DNA from: an uncultured Bacteroides sp.
GTDB lineage: Bacteria > Bacteroidota > Bacteroidia > Bacteroidales > Bacteroidaceae
DNA: 64,000 bases
Assembly: GCA_963677095.1 (NCBI GenBank)
Contig: OY781875.1
Span: forward strand, 1,189,586 to 1,253,585
Reading direction: 5' to 3'
The translations under genes were made by a program, and so were the position numbers. Below the pieces are notes generated by a model. The model had not been told where the DNA came from. It did no database searches and saw only the letters and a list, made by a program, of their open reading frames with translations. Of this stretch, positions 30,917 to 41,338 are shown in pieces (the first letter of the stretch is position 1; each line of letters begins with the position of its first letter).

Positions 30917-32817
30917 ATGGCAGACAGTAAAGAAAAGTTCTTTTCAGATTTTCCACCGGTTACTACGGAAGCATGGATGGAGAAAGTGACCGCTGATTTG
31001 AAAGGTGCGGATTTTGAAAAGAGACTCGTTTGGAAAACGAATGAGGGCTTTAAAGTTAAGCCTTTCTATCGTATGGAAGATTTGAAAGACCTTAAGACAA
31101 CGGATGCACTTCCCGGAGTGTTTCCTTATTTAAGAGGTACTAAGAAAAACACAAATGTTTGGAAAATCAGGCAGGAAATTGTTGTTGAGGATCCTAAAGA
31201 TGCCAATGCGAAGGCTTTGGACATTCTAAATAAAGGGATAGACTCACTTTCTTTTTCTATCAAGGCAAAAGATCTGAATGAAGAATATATTGAGACGCTA
31301 CTTAATGATATTTGCGCAGATTGTGTGGAACTCAATTTTATAACATGTCAGAAGCACGTAGTTGGTTTGGCTGAGATTCTAGTCACATACTTCCGCAAGA
31401 AAGATTATGATTTGACGAAATTGTACGGTTCTATCGGCTATGACTTTTTCAATAAAATGCTTTCAAAAGGTAAGGAAGATGGCGACTTGGTACAAACCGG
31501 AAAGGCTTTGATTGAAGCCACATCCGATCTGCCGAAATACCGTGTGTTAAATGTTTCAGCTCTGAGTTTAAATAATGCGGGAGCATACATTTATCAGGAG
31601 TTGGGATATGCGTTGGCTTGGGGAAATGAATATTTGAATCAACTGACGGATGCAGGATTGCCTGCTGCTTTAGTTGCTAAGAAAATCACATTCAATTTTG
31701 GTATCAGTTCCAACTATTTCTTGGAAATAGCAAAATTCCGTGCTGCGCGCTTGTTGTGGGCTAACATTGTAGCTTCATACAACCCTGAATGTTTGCGTGA
31801 CTGCAAAAATAAAGGTGAGAATAACGAATGTCGTTGTGCAGCAAAAATGAATATACATGCTGAAACTACTTCTTTTAATCTCACTCTATTTGATCCATAC
31901 GTTAATTTACTTCGTACACAGACCGAAGCAATGAGTGCTGCTCTTGCAGGAGTGGATTCAATGGCTGTGACTCCTTTTGATAAAGTATATAACTCTTCTA
32001 ATGAGTTCTCTGAGCGTATGGCTCGTAATCAACAGTTATTGTTGAAAGAAGAATCTCATTTTGATAAAGTGGTGGATCCTGCCGGTGGCTCATATTATAT
32101 TGAAAACCTGACAGTCGCTATTGCAAAACAAGCTTGGGAACTATTCCTGTTAACGGAAGAGGCCGGTGGTTTCTATGCTGCCGTGAAAACAGGGGTGGTA
32201 CAAGATGCCGTAAATGCTAGCAATAAAATGCGTCATGATGCTGTAGCTAAGCGTAAAGAAGTATTATTGGGTACAAACCAATATCCTAACTTCATTGAAA
32301 AGACAGGTGAAAATAAACCGCTGATGCAGCATGTTGCTGTGATGGTGAAGTTGATCATTGTCATAAGGATGTGTCGACTCTTACTTTTGAGCGTGCTTCC
32401 AGTGCGTTTGAAGCTTTACGCCTTGAGACGGAAGCTTCAGGTAAACGACCTAAGGCATTTATGTTGACTATAGGTAACTTGGCAATGCGTCAGGCACGTG
32501 CTCAGTTCTCATGTAATTTCTTGGGATGCGCCGGATATGAGGTGGTTGATAATCTAGGTTTTGAATCGGTTGAGGCGGGAGTTGATGCGGCAATGGAAGC
32601 CAAAGCGGATATTGTTGTTCTTTGTTCAAGTGATGATGAATATGCCGAATATGCTGTTTCTGCATATAAAGCCTTGAACAATCGCGCTTTGTTTATTGTG
32701 GCTGGTGCTCCAGCGTGCATGGACGAACTGAGAGCTGCTGGTATAGAGAATTTTATTCATGTTCGTGTCAATGTGTTGGAAACGTTAAAGGAATACAATG
32801 CTAAACTTTTGAAGTAA
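30917..32817 (+). pseudogene. mutA: Methylmalonyl-CoA mutase small subunit, split by a one-base frameshift near 32320 (may be a sequencing error)
   Basis: ORF 30917-32467 and ORF 32371-32817 join into 633 aa if one base is added at ...AAA CCG (G)CT GAT. This restores ACCC..HKDVSTLTFERASSAFEALR. Confidence 0.85.
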
Positions 32818-32818
32818 G

Positions 32819-34966
32819 ATGAGAAAAGATTTTAAAAACTTAGATATATATGCTGCTTTCGAACCGGTAAACGGAGTTGAGTGGCAAAAAGCTAATAATA
32901 TTTCAGCTGATTGGAAGACACCGGAACACATTGAAGTAAAACCGGTTTATACAAAGGAAGACCTTGAGGGCATGGAGCACTTGAACTATGCTGCAGGTAT
33001 TCCTCCTTATTTACGTGGTCCTTATTCGGTGATGTATACTTTGCGTCCTTGGACAATTCGTCAGTATGCAGGTTTCTCTACTGCCGAAGAATCCAATGCA
33101 TTTTATCGTCGTAACTTGGCTTCCGGTCAGAAAGGCCTTTCGGTGGCATTCGACTTGGCTACTCACCGTGGTTATGACCCTGATCATGAACGTGTAGTAG
33201 GAGACGTTGGTAAGGCTGGTGTGTCTATCTGTTCACTGGAGAATATGAAAGTTTTATTCGATGGTATACCCTTGAATAAAATGTCTGTTTCCATGACTAT
33301 GAATGGTGCCGTACTTCCGATTATGGCGTTTTATATTAATGCCGGATTGGAGCAAGGCGCTAAATTGGAAGAAATGGCTGGTACTATTCAGAATGATATT
33401 CTGAAAGAATTCATGGTGCGTAACACCTATATTTATCCACCTGCTTTCTCTATGAAGATTATTTCCGATATTTTCGAATATACATCGCAGAAAATGCCTA
33501 AGTTTAACTCTATATCCATTTCCGGTTATCACATGCAGGAGGCCGGTGCAACAGCGGATATCGAATTGGCTTACACTCTTGCGGACGGCTTGGAGTACCT
33601 TCGTGCCGGCGTGGCAGCAGGTATTGATATTGATGCTTTCGCTCCGCGTCTTTCTTTTTTCTGGGCTATCGGGACAAATCACTTTATGGAAATTGCCAAG
33701 ATGCGTGCCGCACGTATGTTATGGGCAAAAATTGTGAAGCAGTTTAACCCAAAGAATCCTAAATCTTTGGCTTTGCGTACACACTCGCAAACCTCCGGTT
33801 GGTCACTGACTGAGCAAGATCCGTTTAATAATGTTGGGCGTACTTGTATTGAAGCTATGGCTGCTGCTTTGGGGCATACACAATCTTTGCATACTAATGC
33901 TTTGGATGAGGCTATTGCTTTGCCTACGGATTTCTCGGCGCGTATTGCGCGTAACACGCAGATCTATATTCAGGAAGAAACTTATATCTGTAAGAATGTT
34001 GACCCCTGGGGTGGCTCATATTACGTTGAGTCTTTAACGAATGAAATCGCTCATAAGGCTTGGGAGCGTATACAGGAAGTTGAGAAGCTAGGGGGTATGG
34101 CGAAAGCTATTGAAACTGGCATTCCCAAGATGCGTATTGAAGAGGCTGCTGCCCGCACCCAGGCTCGTATTGATAGTGGGTCGCAGACTATCGTCGGTGT
34201 GAATAAATATCGTTTGGATAAAGAGGCTCCGATTGATATTCTTGAGATTGACAATACAGCTGTTCGTAAAGAGCAAATAGAGAATTTGAAACGTTTGAAA
34301 GAAGGTCGTAATCAAGCTGAGGTGGATAAAGCACTTGAGGCTATTACCGAATGTGTGAAGACCGGTAAAGGTAACTTACTGGAACTAGCCGTCGAAGCAG
34401 CTCGCGTTCGTGCCACTTTGGGTGAGATTTCTTTTGCTTGTGAAAAAATTGTAGGACGTTATAAAGCAATAATTAGAACAATATCAGGCGTGTATTCATC
34501 AGAAAGTAAAAATGACGGTGACTTCAAGCGTGCTTGCGAGTTGACTGAAAAGTTTGCGAAGAAAGAGGGACGTCAACCTCGTATCATGATCGCAAAGATG
34601 GGTCAGGATGGTCATGACCGTGGCGCAAAAGTTGTTGCAACCGGTTATGCCGACTGTGGTTTCGATGTAGATATGGGACCTTTGTTCCAGACTCCAGCCG
34701 AAGCAGCCCGCGAAGCTGTAGAAAATGATGTGCATGTAGTAGGTGTTTCTTCATTGGCTGCCGGTCACAAAACATTAGTTCCGCAAATCATTGATGAGCT
34801 GAAGAAATTGGGGCGTGAGGATATTGTTGTAATTGCGGGTGGTGTAATACCTTCCCAAGATTATGATTTCTTATATAAAGCTGGTGTTGCCGCTATCTTT
34901 GGTCCCGGTACTCCCGTAGCTAAAGCTGCTTGTCAGATTTTGGAAATCTTGTTGGACGAAGAATAA
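32819..34966 (+). CDS. mutB: Methylmalonyl-CoA mutase large (catalytic, B12-binding) subunit
   Basis: Motifs [28 protein letters not shown] and GQDGHDRG (DxHxxG cobalamin motif). Confidence 0.97.
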   Translation: MRKDFKNLDIYAAFEPVNGVEWQKANNISADWKTPEHIEVKPVYTKEDLEGMEHLNYAAGIPPYLRGPYSVMYTLRPWTIRQYAGFSTAEESNAFYRRNLASGQKGLSVAFDLATHRGYDPDHERVVGDVGKAGVSICSLENMKVLFDGIPLNKMSVSMTMNGAVLPIMAFYINAGLEQGAKLEEMAGTIQNDILKEFMVRNTYIYPPAFSMKIISDIFEYTSQKMPKFNSISISGYHMQEAGATADIELAYTLADGLEYLRAGVAAGIDIDAFAPRLSFFWAIGTNHFMEIAKMRAARMLWAKIVKQFNPKNPKSLALRTHSQTSGWSLTEQDPFNNVGRTCIEAMAAALGHTQSLHTNALDEAIALPTDFSARIARNTQIYIQEETYICKNVDPWGGSYYVESLTNEIAHKAWERIQEVEKLGGMAKAIETGIPKMRIEEAAARTQARIDSGSQTIVGVNKYRLDKEAPIDILEIDNTAVRKEQIENLKRLKEGRNQAEVDKALEAITECVKTGKGNLLELAVEAARVRATLGEISFACEKIVGRYKAIIRTISGVYSSESKNDGDFKRACELTEKFAKKEGRQPRIMIAKMGQDGHDRGAKVVATGYADCGFDVDMGPLFQTPAEAAREAVENDVHVVGVSSLAAGHKTLVPQIIDELKKLGREDIVVIAGGVIPSQDYDFLYKAGVAAIFGPGTPVAKAACQILEILLDEE

Positions 34967-35033
34967 TTGATCGTTATATTTCTTGTAGAATTATAAGATT
35001 CTTTTTTATAGGAAGTCGATTAATACACTGATT

Positions 35034-35065
35034 AAAGGCTACTCAATTGATTTTGGGTAGCCTTT
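35034..35065 (+). terminator. Intrinsic terminator after mutB
   Basis: AAAGGCTACTCAA / TTGGGTAGCCTTT followed by a T-rich tract. Confidence 0.65.
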
Positions 35066-35280
35066 GTTCTTTTTATATAGATCATCCGATGAAAGAACCA
35101 CGACCTTTTGTGATTTCCTATTATCGTCTTTTGTGTGATTATAGAAGCTGGCTTCCTTCTCTTTGCCACATTGATTAAAAGTACCTTTGAACGGTAAGTG
35201 TTCATTAGAACTGAAAAAATGATAAATGTTTTACAGATTACATCCCTCTGAGGATCACTTTTCTGAGTATTGTAAATTCA

Positions 35281-35430
35281 TTCGTATGAGATCATAGATC
35301 AGTCGTATACTGATTGTGGATTACTCGTATACTCATCATAGATCAGTCGTATACTGATTATACCCCCTTTGGAAATATGTTCTGAACAGGGTGGCAATCA
35401 GTTGGACTGTTCTTGTGGATTAGTTGGATG
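35281..35430. repeat. 22-bp-period array of ATCAGT-CGTAT-ACTGAT palindromes
   Basis: ATCATAGATCAGTCGTATACTGATT occurs exactly at 35291 and 35335. TCGTATAC at 35303, 35325 and 35347. AT(C/T)AGTTGGA at 35397 and 35419. Confidence 0.8.
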
Positions 35431-35847
35431 TAATGTGGAAAATAATATACATATTTGGAGGGGCTAATATGTGACTTATGATGTCCTTTAAATCATCGTT
35501 AATGCTTTCAATAATAGCTTCTTTTCTGAGAGATTTTCATAGGAAGGTATGGAGGAAAAATGTTTTGTAAAACTTATGGTTGTCATTATAAAATTACTGA
35601 TTCTGTTGTTGCTTACTAATATCTCAGTTCAGTAAACTCGTCTAACTGGCGTTATTTACTTCTTAATGCAACACGTTCTCCCTTGGCTATGTTTGCCCGC
35701 GAGCTAAAATAAACAGATATTTTATTTTGTGTATTGTCTTTAATTTGTATTTTTGGGAATCACTACCATACCGTCAGGGGCTTTATACGTCGGTATGGGG
35801 TGAATATTGTGTCTGAACTATTTAACCTTTAATTAAGGCATAGCATT

Positions 35848-37788
35848 ATGAGTTATTTACGATTTGATAAAACCCTGATGATTAATTTGGAGGAATCTTT
35901 ACCGCGAGAGATACTAAGAACGAACAAATCAGGCGCTTATCATTGTACGACGATAGTAGATTGTAACACACGCAAATACCATGGATTGCTGGTCATTCCG
36001 GTTCCCAATCTGGATGACGAAAACCACGTTCTACTTTCTTCTTTGGATGAAACAGTCATACAGCACGGGGCTGAATTCAATCTGGGATTGCACAAATACG
36101 GCGGGAATATTTTTAGTCCCAAGGGGCATAAATATATTCGTGAGTTTGATTGTGAGCGTATACCGGCAACAACTTACCGGGTTGGCGGAGTCATACTTCG
36201 GAAAGAAAAGATTTTTGTTCATTACGAGAATCGTATTTTAATCCGTTATACTTTGGTGGATGCGCATTCGGCAACGACATTGCGTTTCCGCCCTTTTCTG
36301 GCTTTTCGCAGTGTGCGTGAGTATACGCATGAGAATTCGTTAGCCAACCGTGATTACCAATCAGTTGAGAATGGTATCAAGACTTGTATGTATCCTGGCT
36401 ATCCGGAACTTTTCATGCAGTTGAATAAGAAAAATGAATTCCATTTTGAACCGGCGTGGTATCGTGGCATGGAGTATCCTAAAGAACAGGAAAGGGGATA
36501 TGATTTTAATGAAGATCTTTATGTCCCCGGTTACTTTGAAGTAGGTATCAAGAAAGGTGAGAGTATTGTTTTCTCTGCCGGTGTTTCAGAGATATCCACA
36601 CGCAAATTGAAACAGATCTTTGAAGCCGAAGTGGAAGACCGGACTCCCCGTGATAGCTTTTATCATTGCTTGAAGAATTCCGCCCACCAGTTTCATAATA
36701 AACAAGGAGAAGATCATTATGTCTTTGCCGGGTATCCATGGTTCAAATGCAGGGCTCGTGATTTGTTCATTTCACTGCCGGGACTGACATTGGCTGTTGA
36801 TGAACAAGACGAATTTGAAGATATCATGAAGACGGCGGAGAAAGCTATCCGGCAGTTTATCAACAAAGAACCGCTTACCGGAAAAATATATGAAATGAAC
36901 GACCCTGATGTCCTCTTGTGGGCTATCTGGGCTTTACAACAATACGCTAAAGAGACTTCGCGTGAACGGTGCCGGCGGCAATACGGCAAGTTGTTGGAAG
37001 ATATTCTGGATTATATCCGGAGTCGGAAGCATGATAATCTTTTCCTTCATGATAACGGGTTGCTCTATACTAATGGCACGGATAGACCTGTTACCTGGAT
37101 GAATTCCATAGTCGATGGACGGCCGGTTATTCCCCGTACCGGATATGTTGTAGAAATTAATGCCTTGTGGTATAATTCCTTGCGCTTTATATCCGATTTG
37201 CTTCGTGAAGAAGGTAAGGATAGTTTTGCGGATGAGTTGGATGCACAGGCGGAGTTAGCCGGTAAATCTTTTGTAGATGTTTTCCGTAACGAATATGGTT
37301 ACTTGTTCGATTACGTGGATGGATATATGATGGACTGGAGTGTCCGTCCCAATATGATATTTACGGTAGCCTTTGATTATTCTCCGCTGGACCGTGTTCA
37401 GAAGAAACAAGTGCTCGACATTGTGACTAGAGAGCTTCTTACTCCTAAAGGTTTGCGTACACTGAGTCCAAAGAGTGGTGGGTATAATCCCAATTATGTG
37501 GGTAGTCCAGTGCAGCGAGACCTTGCCTATCATCAGGGTACGGCTTGGCCATGGCTTATGGGATTCTATATGGAAGCATACCTTAAGATCTATAAGATGA
37601 GTGGTTTGTCTTTTATCGAACGTTATTTGATTGGACTTGAAGATGAAATGTCAAATCATTGCATTGGTTCATTACCCGAATTATTTGATGGTAATCCTCC
37701 TTTTACGGGACGCGGGGCCATTTCTTTTGCCATGAATGTTGCGGAGATTTTGCGTATTTTGAATTTGCTATCCAAATATAATTTATGA
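35848..37788 (+). CDS. Glycogen debranching enzyme (amylo-alpha-1,6-glucosidase)
   Basis: Motifs TRKYHGLL, AGYPWF..ARDLFISLPG, VTWMN, VEINALWYN, YHQGTAWPW and LPELFDG. TATTTTTG box at 35748-35755. Confidence 0.92.
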   Translation: MSYLRFDKTLMINLEESLPREILRTNKSGAYHCTTIVDCNTRKYHGLLVIPVPNLDDENHVLLSSLDETVIQHGAEFNLGLHKYGGNIFSPKGHKYIREFDCERIPATTYRVGGVILRKEKIFVHYENRILIRYTLVDAHSATTLRFRPFLAFRSVREYTHENSLANRDYQSVENGIKTCMYPGYPELFMQLNKKNEFHFEPAWYRGMEYPKEQERGYDFNEDLYVPGYFEVGIKKGESIVFSAGVSEISTRKLKQIFEAEVEDRTPRDSFYHCLKNSAHQFHNKQGEDHYVFAGYPWFKCRARDLFISLPGLTLAVDEQDEFEDIMKTAEKAIRQFINKEPLTGKIYEMNDPDVLLWAIWALQQYAKETSRERCRRQYGKLLEDILDYIRSRKHDNLFLHDNGLLYTNGTDRPVTWMNSIVDGRPVIPRTGYVVEINALWYNSLRFISDLLREEGKDSFADELDAQAELAGKSFVDVFRNEYGYLFDYVDGYMMDWSVRPNMIFTVAFDYSPLDRVQKKQVLDIVTRELLTPKGLRTLSPKSGGYNPNYVGSPVQRDLAYHQGTAWPWLMGFYMEAYLKIYKMSGLSFIERYLIGLEDEMSNHCIGSLPELFDGNPPFTGRGAISFAMNVAEILRILNLLSKYNL

Positions 37789-37801
37789 GAGGAGGGAAAA
37801 G

Positions 37802-39070
37802 ATGAAAGTATTGATGTTTGGATGGGAGTTTCCCCCGCATATTTTAGGAGGATTGGGGACAGCCAGTTATGGCTTGACCAAGGGTATGTCGCAGCAGGAA
37901 GATATGCAAATTACATTTTGTATTCCTAAGCCCTGGGGCGATGAAGATCAAAGTTTTTTGCGGATTATTGGCATGAACAGTACGCCTGTCGTCTGGCGGG
38001 ATGTAAACTGGGATTATGTGAACAGTCGTGTTGGTAAATATATGCATCCGCAGTTGTATTATGAGTTGCGCGATCATATTTATGCCGATTTTAATTACTT
38101 GAATACGAATGATCTGGGTTGCATCGAGTTTTCCGGTCGTTATCCCGATAATCTTCACGAAGAGATTAATAATTACTCTATTGTAGCCGGAGTGGTAGCT
38201 CGGCAACAGCAGTTTGATATCATTCATTCGCACGACTGGTTGACTTACCCTGCGGGGATTCATGCCAAGCAAGTATCTGGAAAGCCATTGGTTGTTCATG
38301 TTCACGCTACGGATTTTGATCGTAGCCGCGGGAATGTCAATCCTACAGTTTATGCCATTGAGAAGAATGGAATGGATTATGCCGATCACATTATGTGTGT
38401 AAGTGAGTTGACCCGTCAGACGGTCATACATAAATACTTTCAGGATCCGCGTAAAGTCTCCACCGTTCATAATGCGGTATCTCCCTTACCCCAAGAGATA
38501 CAGGATATTGTTCCTCAGAAGAAGACTAACGAAAAGGTTGTAACTTTCTTAGGACGAATAACCATGCAGAAGGGGCCGGAGTACTTTGTGGAGGCTGCTG
38601 CCATGGTGTTGCATCGCACCCGTAACATTCGTTTTGTAATGGCCGGAAACGGTGACATGATGAATCAAATGATTCGCTTGGTGGCGGAACGTGGTATTGC
38701 CGATCGTTTCCACTTTCCCGGTTTCATGAAAGGAAAACAGGTTTATGAGATGCTTAAGGCAAGCGATGTGTACATCATGCCTTCCGTATCCGAACCTTTC
38801 GGTATCTCTCCTTTGGAAGCTATGCAGTGTAGTGTCCCCACGATTATATCAAGGCAATCAGGTTGTGCCGAGATACTTGAAAAATGTATTAAAACAGATT
38901 ATTGGGATATTCAAACCATGGCCGATGCCATATATGCTATTTGCACTTATCCTAGTTTATACGATTATTTGCGGAACGAAGGTAAGAAGGAGGTCGATGC
39001 AATAAAATGGGAAGATGTCGGCCTGAAAGTTCGCCGCATATATGAAGAGGTTATGAAACGCTATAGATAA
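37802..39070 (+). CDS. Glycosyltransferase family 4 (glycogen/alpha-glucan synthase-like)
   Basis: Motifs GWEFPP..GGLG, HSHDWLT, LGRITMQKG and PSVSEPFGISPLEA. Confidence 0.9.
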   Translation: MKVLMFGWEFPPHILGGLGTASYGLTKGMSQQEDMQITFCIPKPWGDEDQSFLRIIGMNSTPVVWRDVNWDYVNSRVGKYMHPQLYYELRDHIYADFNYLNTNDLGCIEFSGRYPDNLHEEINNYSIVAGVVARQQQFDIIHSHDWLTYPAGIHAKQVSGKPLVVHVHATDFDRSRGNVNPTVYAIEKNGMDYADHIMCVSELTRQTVIHKYFQDPRKVSTVHNAVSPLPQEIQDIVPQKKTNEKVVTFLGRITMQKGPEYFVEAAAMVLHRTRNIRFVMAGNGDMMNQMIRLVAERGIADRFHFPGFMKGKQVYEMLKASDVYIMPSVSEPFGISPLEAMQCSVPTIISRQSGCAEILEKCIKTDYWDIQTMADAIYAICTYPSLYDYLRNEGKKEVDAIKWEDVGLKVRRIYEEVMKRYR

Positions 39071-39088
39071 TTATTATAACACAAATAT

Positions 39089-40450
39089 ATGAGAACGATT
39101 TGTCTTTATTTTGAAATACATCAAATCATTCATCTGAAACGTTATCGTTTCTTTGACATTGGTACCGATCATTATTATTATGATGATTATGTCAATGAAA
39201 CTAGTATTAACGACGTCGCTGAACGCTCTTATATTCCCGCTTTAAAGACACTGATCGGGATGGCGAATGACTCAGGGGGAGCTTTTAAAGTTGCGCTTTC
39301 CATATCCGGTGTTGCTTTGGAACAATTGGAAATTCATGCTCCTGGCGTATTGGATCTGTTACAACAATTGAATGATACCGGAGCTTGCGAGTTTCTTGCA
39401 GAGCCTTATTCACACGGTTTGTCTTCCTTAGCAAATGAAGATTCTTTTAAAGAGGAAGTGATTCGACAAAGTGCTAAGATCAAACAACTATTTGGTAAGT
39501 CTCCCAAGGTTTTTCGCAATTCCAGTTTGATTTATTCAAATGAAATTGGAGAAACGGTTGCCAATATGGGTTTTAAGGGAATGCTTACTGAAGGAGCAAA
39601 ACACATTTTAGGATGGAAGAGTCCACACTATGTCTATCATTGTAGCCTGAATCCCAATCTTAAGCTGCTGTTGCGCGACTTTAAATTATCAGATGATATC
39701 GGTTTACGATTCTCTAATTCGGAGTGGAATGAATATCCTTTATTTGCCGACAAGTACATAGCGTGGATTGACGCCTTTCCTCCTGAAGAACAAGTCATTA
39801 ATATCTTTATGGAGTTGTCTGCCTTAGGTATAGCCCAGCCACTTTCCTCGAATATTCTGGAATTTCTGAAGGCTCTTCCGACTTGCGCTAAGAATAAGGG
39901 AATTACGTTTTCCACCCCAACCGAGATTATTACCAAATTGAAATCGATATCGAGTTTGGATGTTAGCTATCCAATGTCGTGGACAGATGAAGAGAGGGAT
40001 ACAAGTTGTTGGCTTGGTAATGTTATGCAACGTGAAGCTTATAATAAACTCTATAGTCTGGCGGAACGGGTGTTACTTTGTAACGATCGCCGTATCAAGC
40101 AGGATTGGGATTATTTGCAGGCAAGCAATAACTTCCGGTTTATGACTACAAAGAATAATGGATTGGGACTTAACCGGGGTATTTATGAATCTCCTTATGA
40201 TGCTTTTGCCAATTATATGAATATTCTGGGTGACTTTATCAAGCGCGTTGATTCTCTTTATCCAATTGATATTGATAATGAGGAACTAAATGCTCTTCTG
40301 ACAACCATAAAGAATCAAGGGGATGAAATTGATGAACTGCATAAAGAGATTAATAAACTTCGTGCGAAACTTGAGAAAGAAAAAAAAGTGAAGAAAAAGA
40401 AAGACGACAAAGTTTCTAATACTGTGGCTAAAGATTCCGCAAAAAAATAA
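39089..40450 (+). CDS. GH57 alpha-amylase-like protein with substituted catalytic residues, and a coiled-coil/Lys-rich tail
   Basis: FEIHQ (GH57 region 1). FRNSSLIY in place of FRNTELIY. INIFMEL in place of MDYETFG. YLQASN. Confidence 0.85.
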   Translation: MRTICLYFEIHQIIHLKRYRFFDIGTDHYYYDDYVNETSINDVAERSYIPALKTLIGMANDSGGAFKVALSISGVALEQLEIHAPGVLDLLQQLNDTGACEFLAEPYSHGLSSLANEDSFKEEVIRQSAKIKQLFGKSPKVFRNSSLIYSNEIGETVANMGFKGMLTEGAKHILGWKSPHYVYHCSLNPNLKLLLRDFKLSDDIGLRFSNSEWNEYPLFADKYIAWIDAFPPEEQVINIFMELSALGIAQPLSSNILEFLKALPTCAKNKGITFSTPTEIITKLKSISSLDVSYPMSWTDEERDTSCWLGNVMQREAYNKLYSLAERVLLCNDRRIKQDWDYLQASNNFRFMTTKNNGLGLNRGIYESPYDAFANYMNILGDFIKRVDSLYPIDIDNEELNALLTTIKNQGDEIDELHKEINKLRAKLEKEKKVKKKKDDKVSNTVAKDSAKK

Positions 40451-40611
40451 TCCCCCTCTGTCAAGGCTAGGCCGGAGATGGTGGAGTAGGTTATACTTAG
40501 AAGAATTCGATTGAGATATTAAAATCCTTCCATAAAGTTTTGGCATATGCTAATTATGGATTTATAAAAAGAATATCAAAATGAATAGAGGAGCTAATAG
40601 GAGGAAGTGGT

Positions 40612-40989
40612 ATGAATATTGAAGAATTCAGAGAGTATTGCCTTTCGGTTAATGGAGCAACAGAAAGTTTCCCTTTCGACGAACATACCCTTGTGTATAA
40701 AGTCATGGAAAAAGTATTTGCTTATGCAACGTTAAAACCTAAGGACGGGTGCTTTTTTGCGAATTTAAAATGTGATCCCGGCAAGTCTGCCGAACTAATG
40801 AACCGCTACGATGGTATTCTGTTTGGATATCATTCTGATAAAAGATATTGGATTTCGGTCTATCTTGAAAATGACGTGCCGGATAAATTGATAAAGGAAC
40901 TAATAGATCATTCCGTAGATGAAGTAATAAAGAGGCTTTCCCAAAAAAAACAAGAAGAATATAACTCGCTAAAAAAACACATATCATAA
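40612..40989 (+). CDS. MmcQ/YjbR-family putative DNA-binding protein
   Basis: Motifs ESFPFD, VYKVMEKVFA, NLKCDP and YHSDKRYWISV. Confidence 0.85.
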   Translation: MNIEEFREYCLSVNGATESFPFDEHTLVYKVMEKVFAYATLKPKDGCFFANLKCDPGKSAELMNRYDGILFGYHSDKRYWISVYLENDVPDKLIKELIDHSVDEVIKRLSQKKQEEYNSLKKHIS

Positions 40990-41263
40990 AAGATGCTGTA
41001 AAAAACATCACACAATGTAGGAGAAATTATTTTTTCTGCCCGACTAAACAGTCGAATCAATTAATAAATACTTCTTCTATTCAGAGATGTGTATGTGGCA
41101 GAATGCATTTAGATTCGTAATATATTATTGATTAATATGAAAATTTGGCAATACAGTGGGACGTAACATTACAATATTATATAAAAAAGAGATATTCGGT
41201 AAATGTCTCTAGCGGATAAAAAGTACAGAGTGAAAACGATAGTAAAGTCATTTCCTATAAACA

Positions 41264-41302
41264 AAAAAAAGCTATCCTGTATTTAAAGGGATAGCTTTTT
41301 TT
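41264..41302. terminator. Bidirectional terminator after the DUF4270 gene
   Basis: A7-GCTATCCT / GGGATAGC-T7. Confidence 0.75.
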
Positions 41303-41338
41303 GTACTATTATTTTTATTCTAGTGATAGCTCTGCCCT

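Noticed and set aside
35281-35360. 25-bp direct repeats as a mini-CRISPR
   Set aside because: There are only two exact copies, the 19-nt 'spacer' is itself a degenerate repeat unit, and there are no cas genes.
37844-38470. Long antisense ORFs (208 aa here, 223 aa at 58435-59106, 167 aa at 45785-46288, and others)
   Set aside because: They are shadows of well-supported genes, with no motifs or independent signals.
40990-41263. Possible sRNA in the gap between yjbR and the terminator
   Set aside because: There is no convincing -7 box or stable structure, so it cannot be supported without RNA data.
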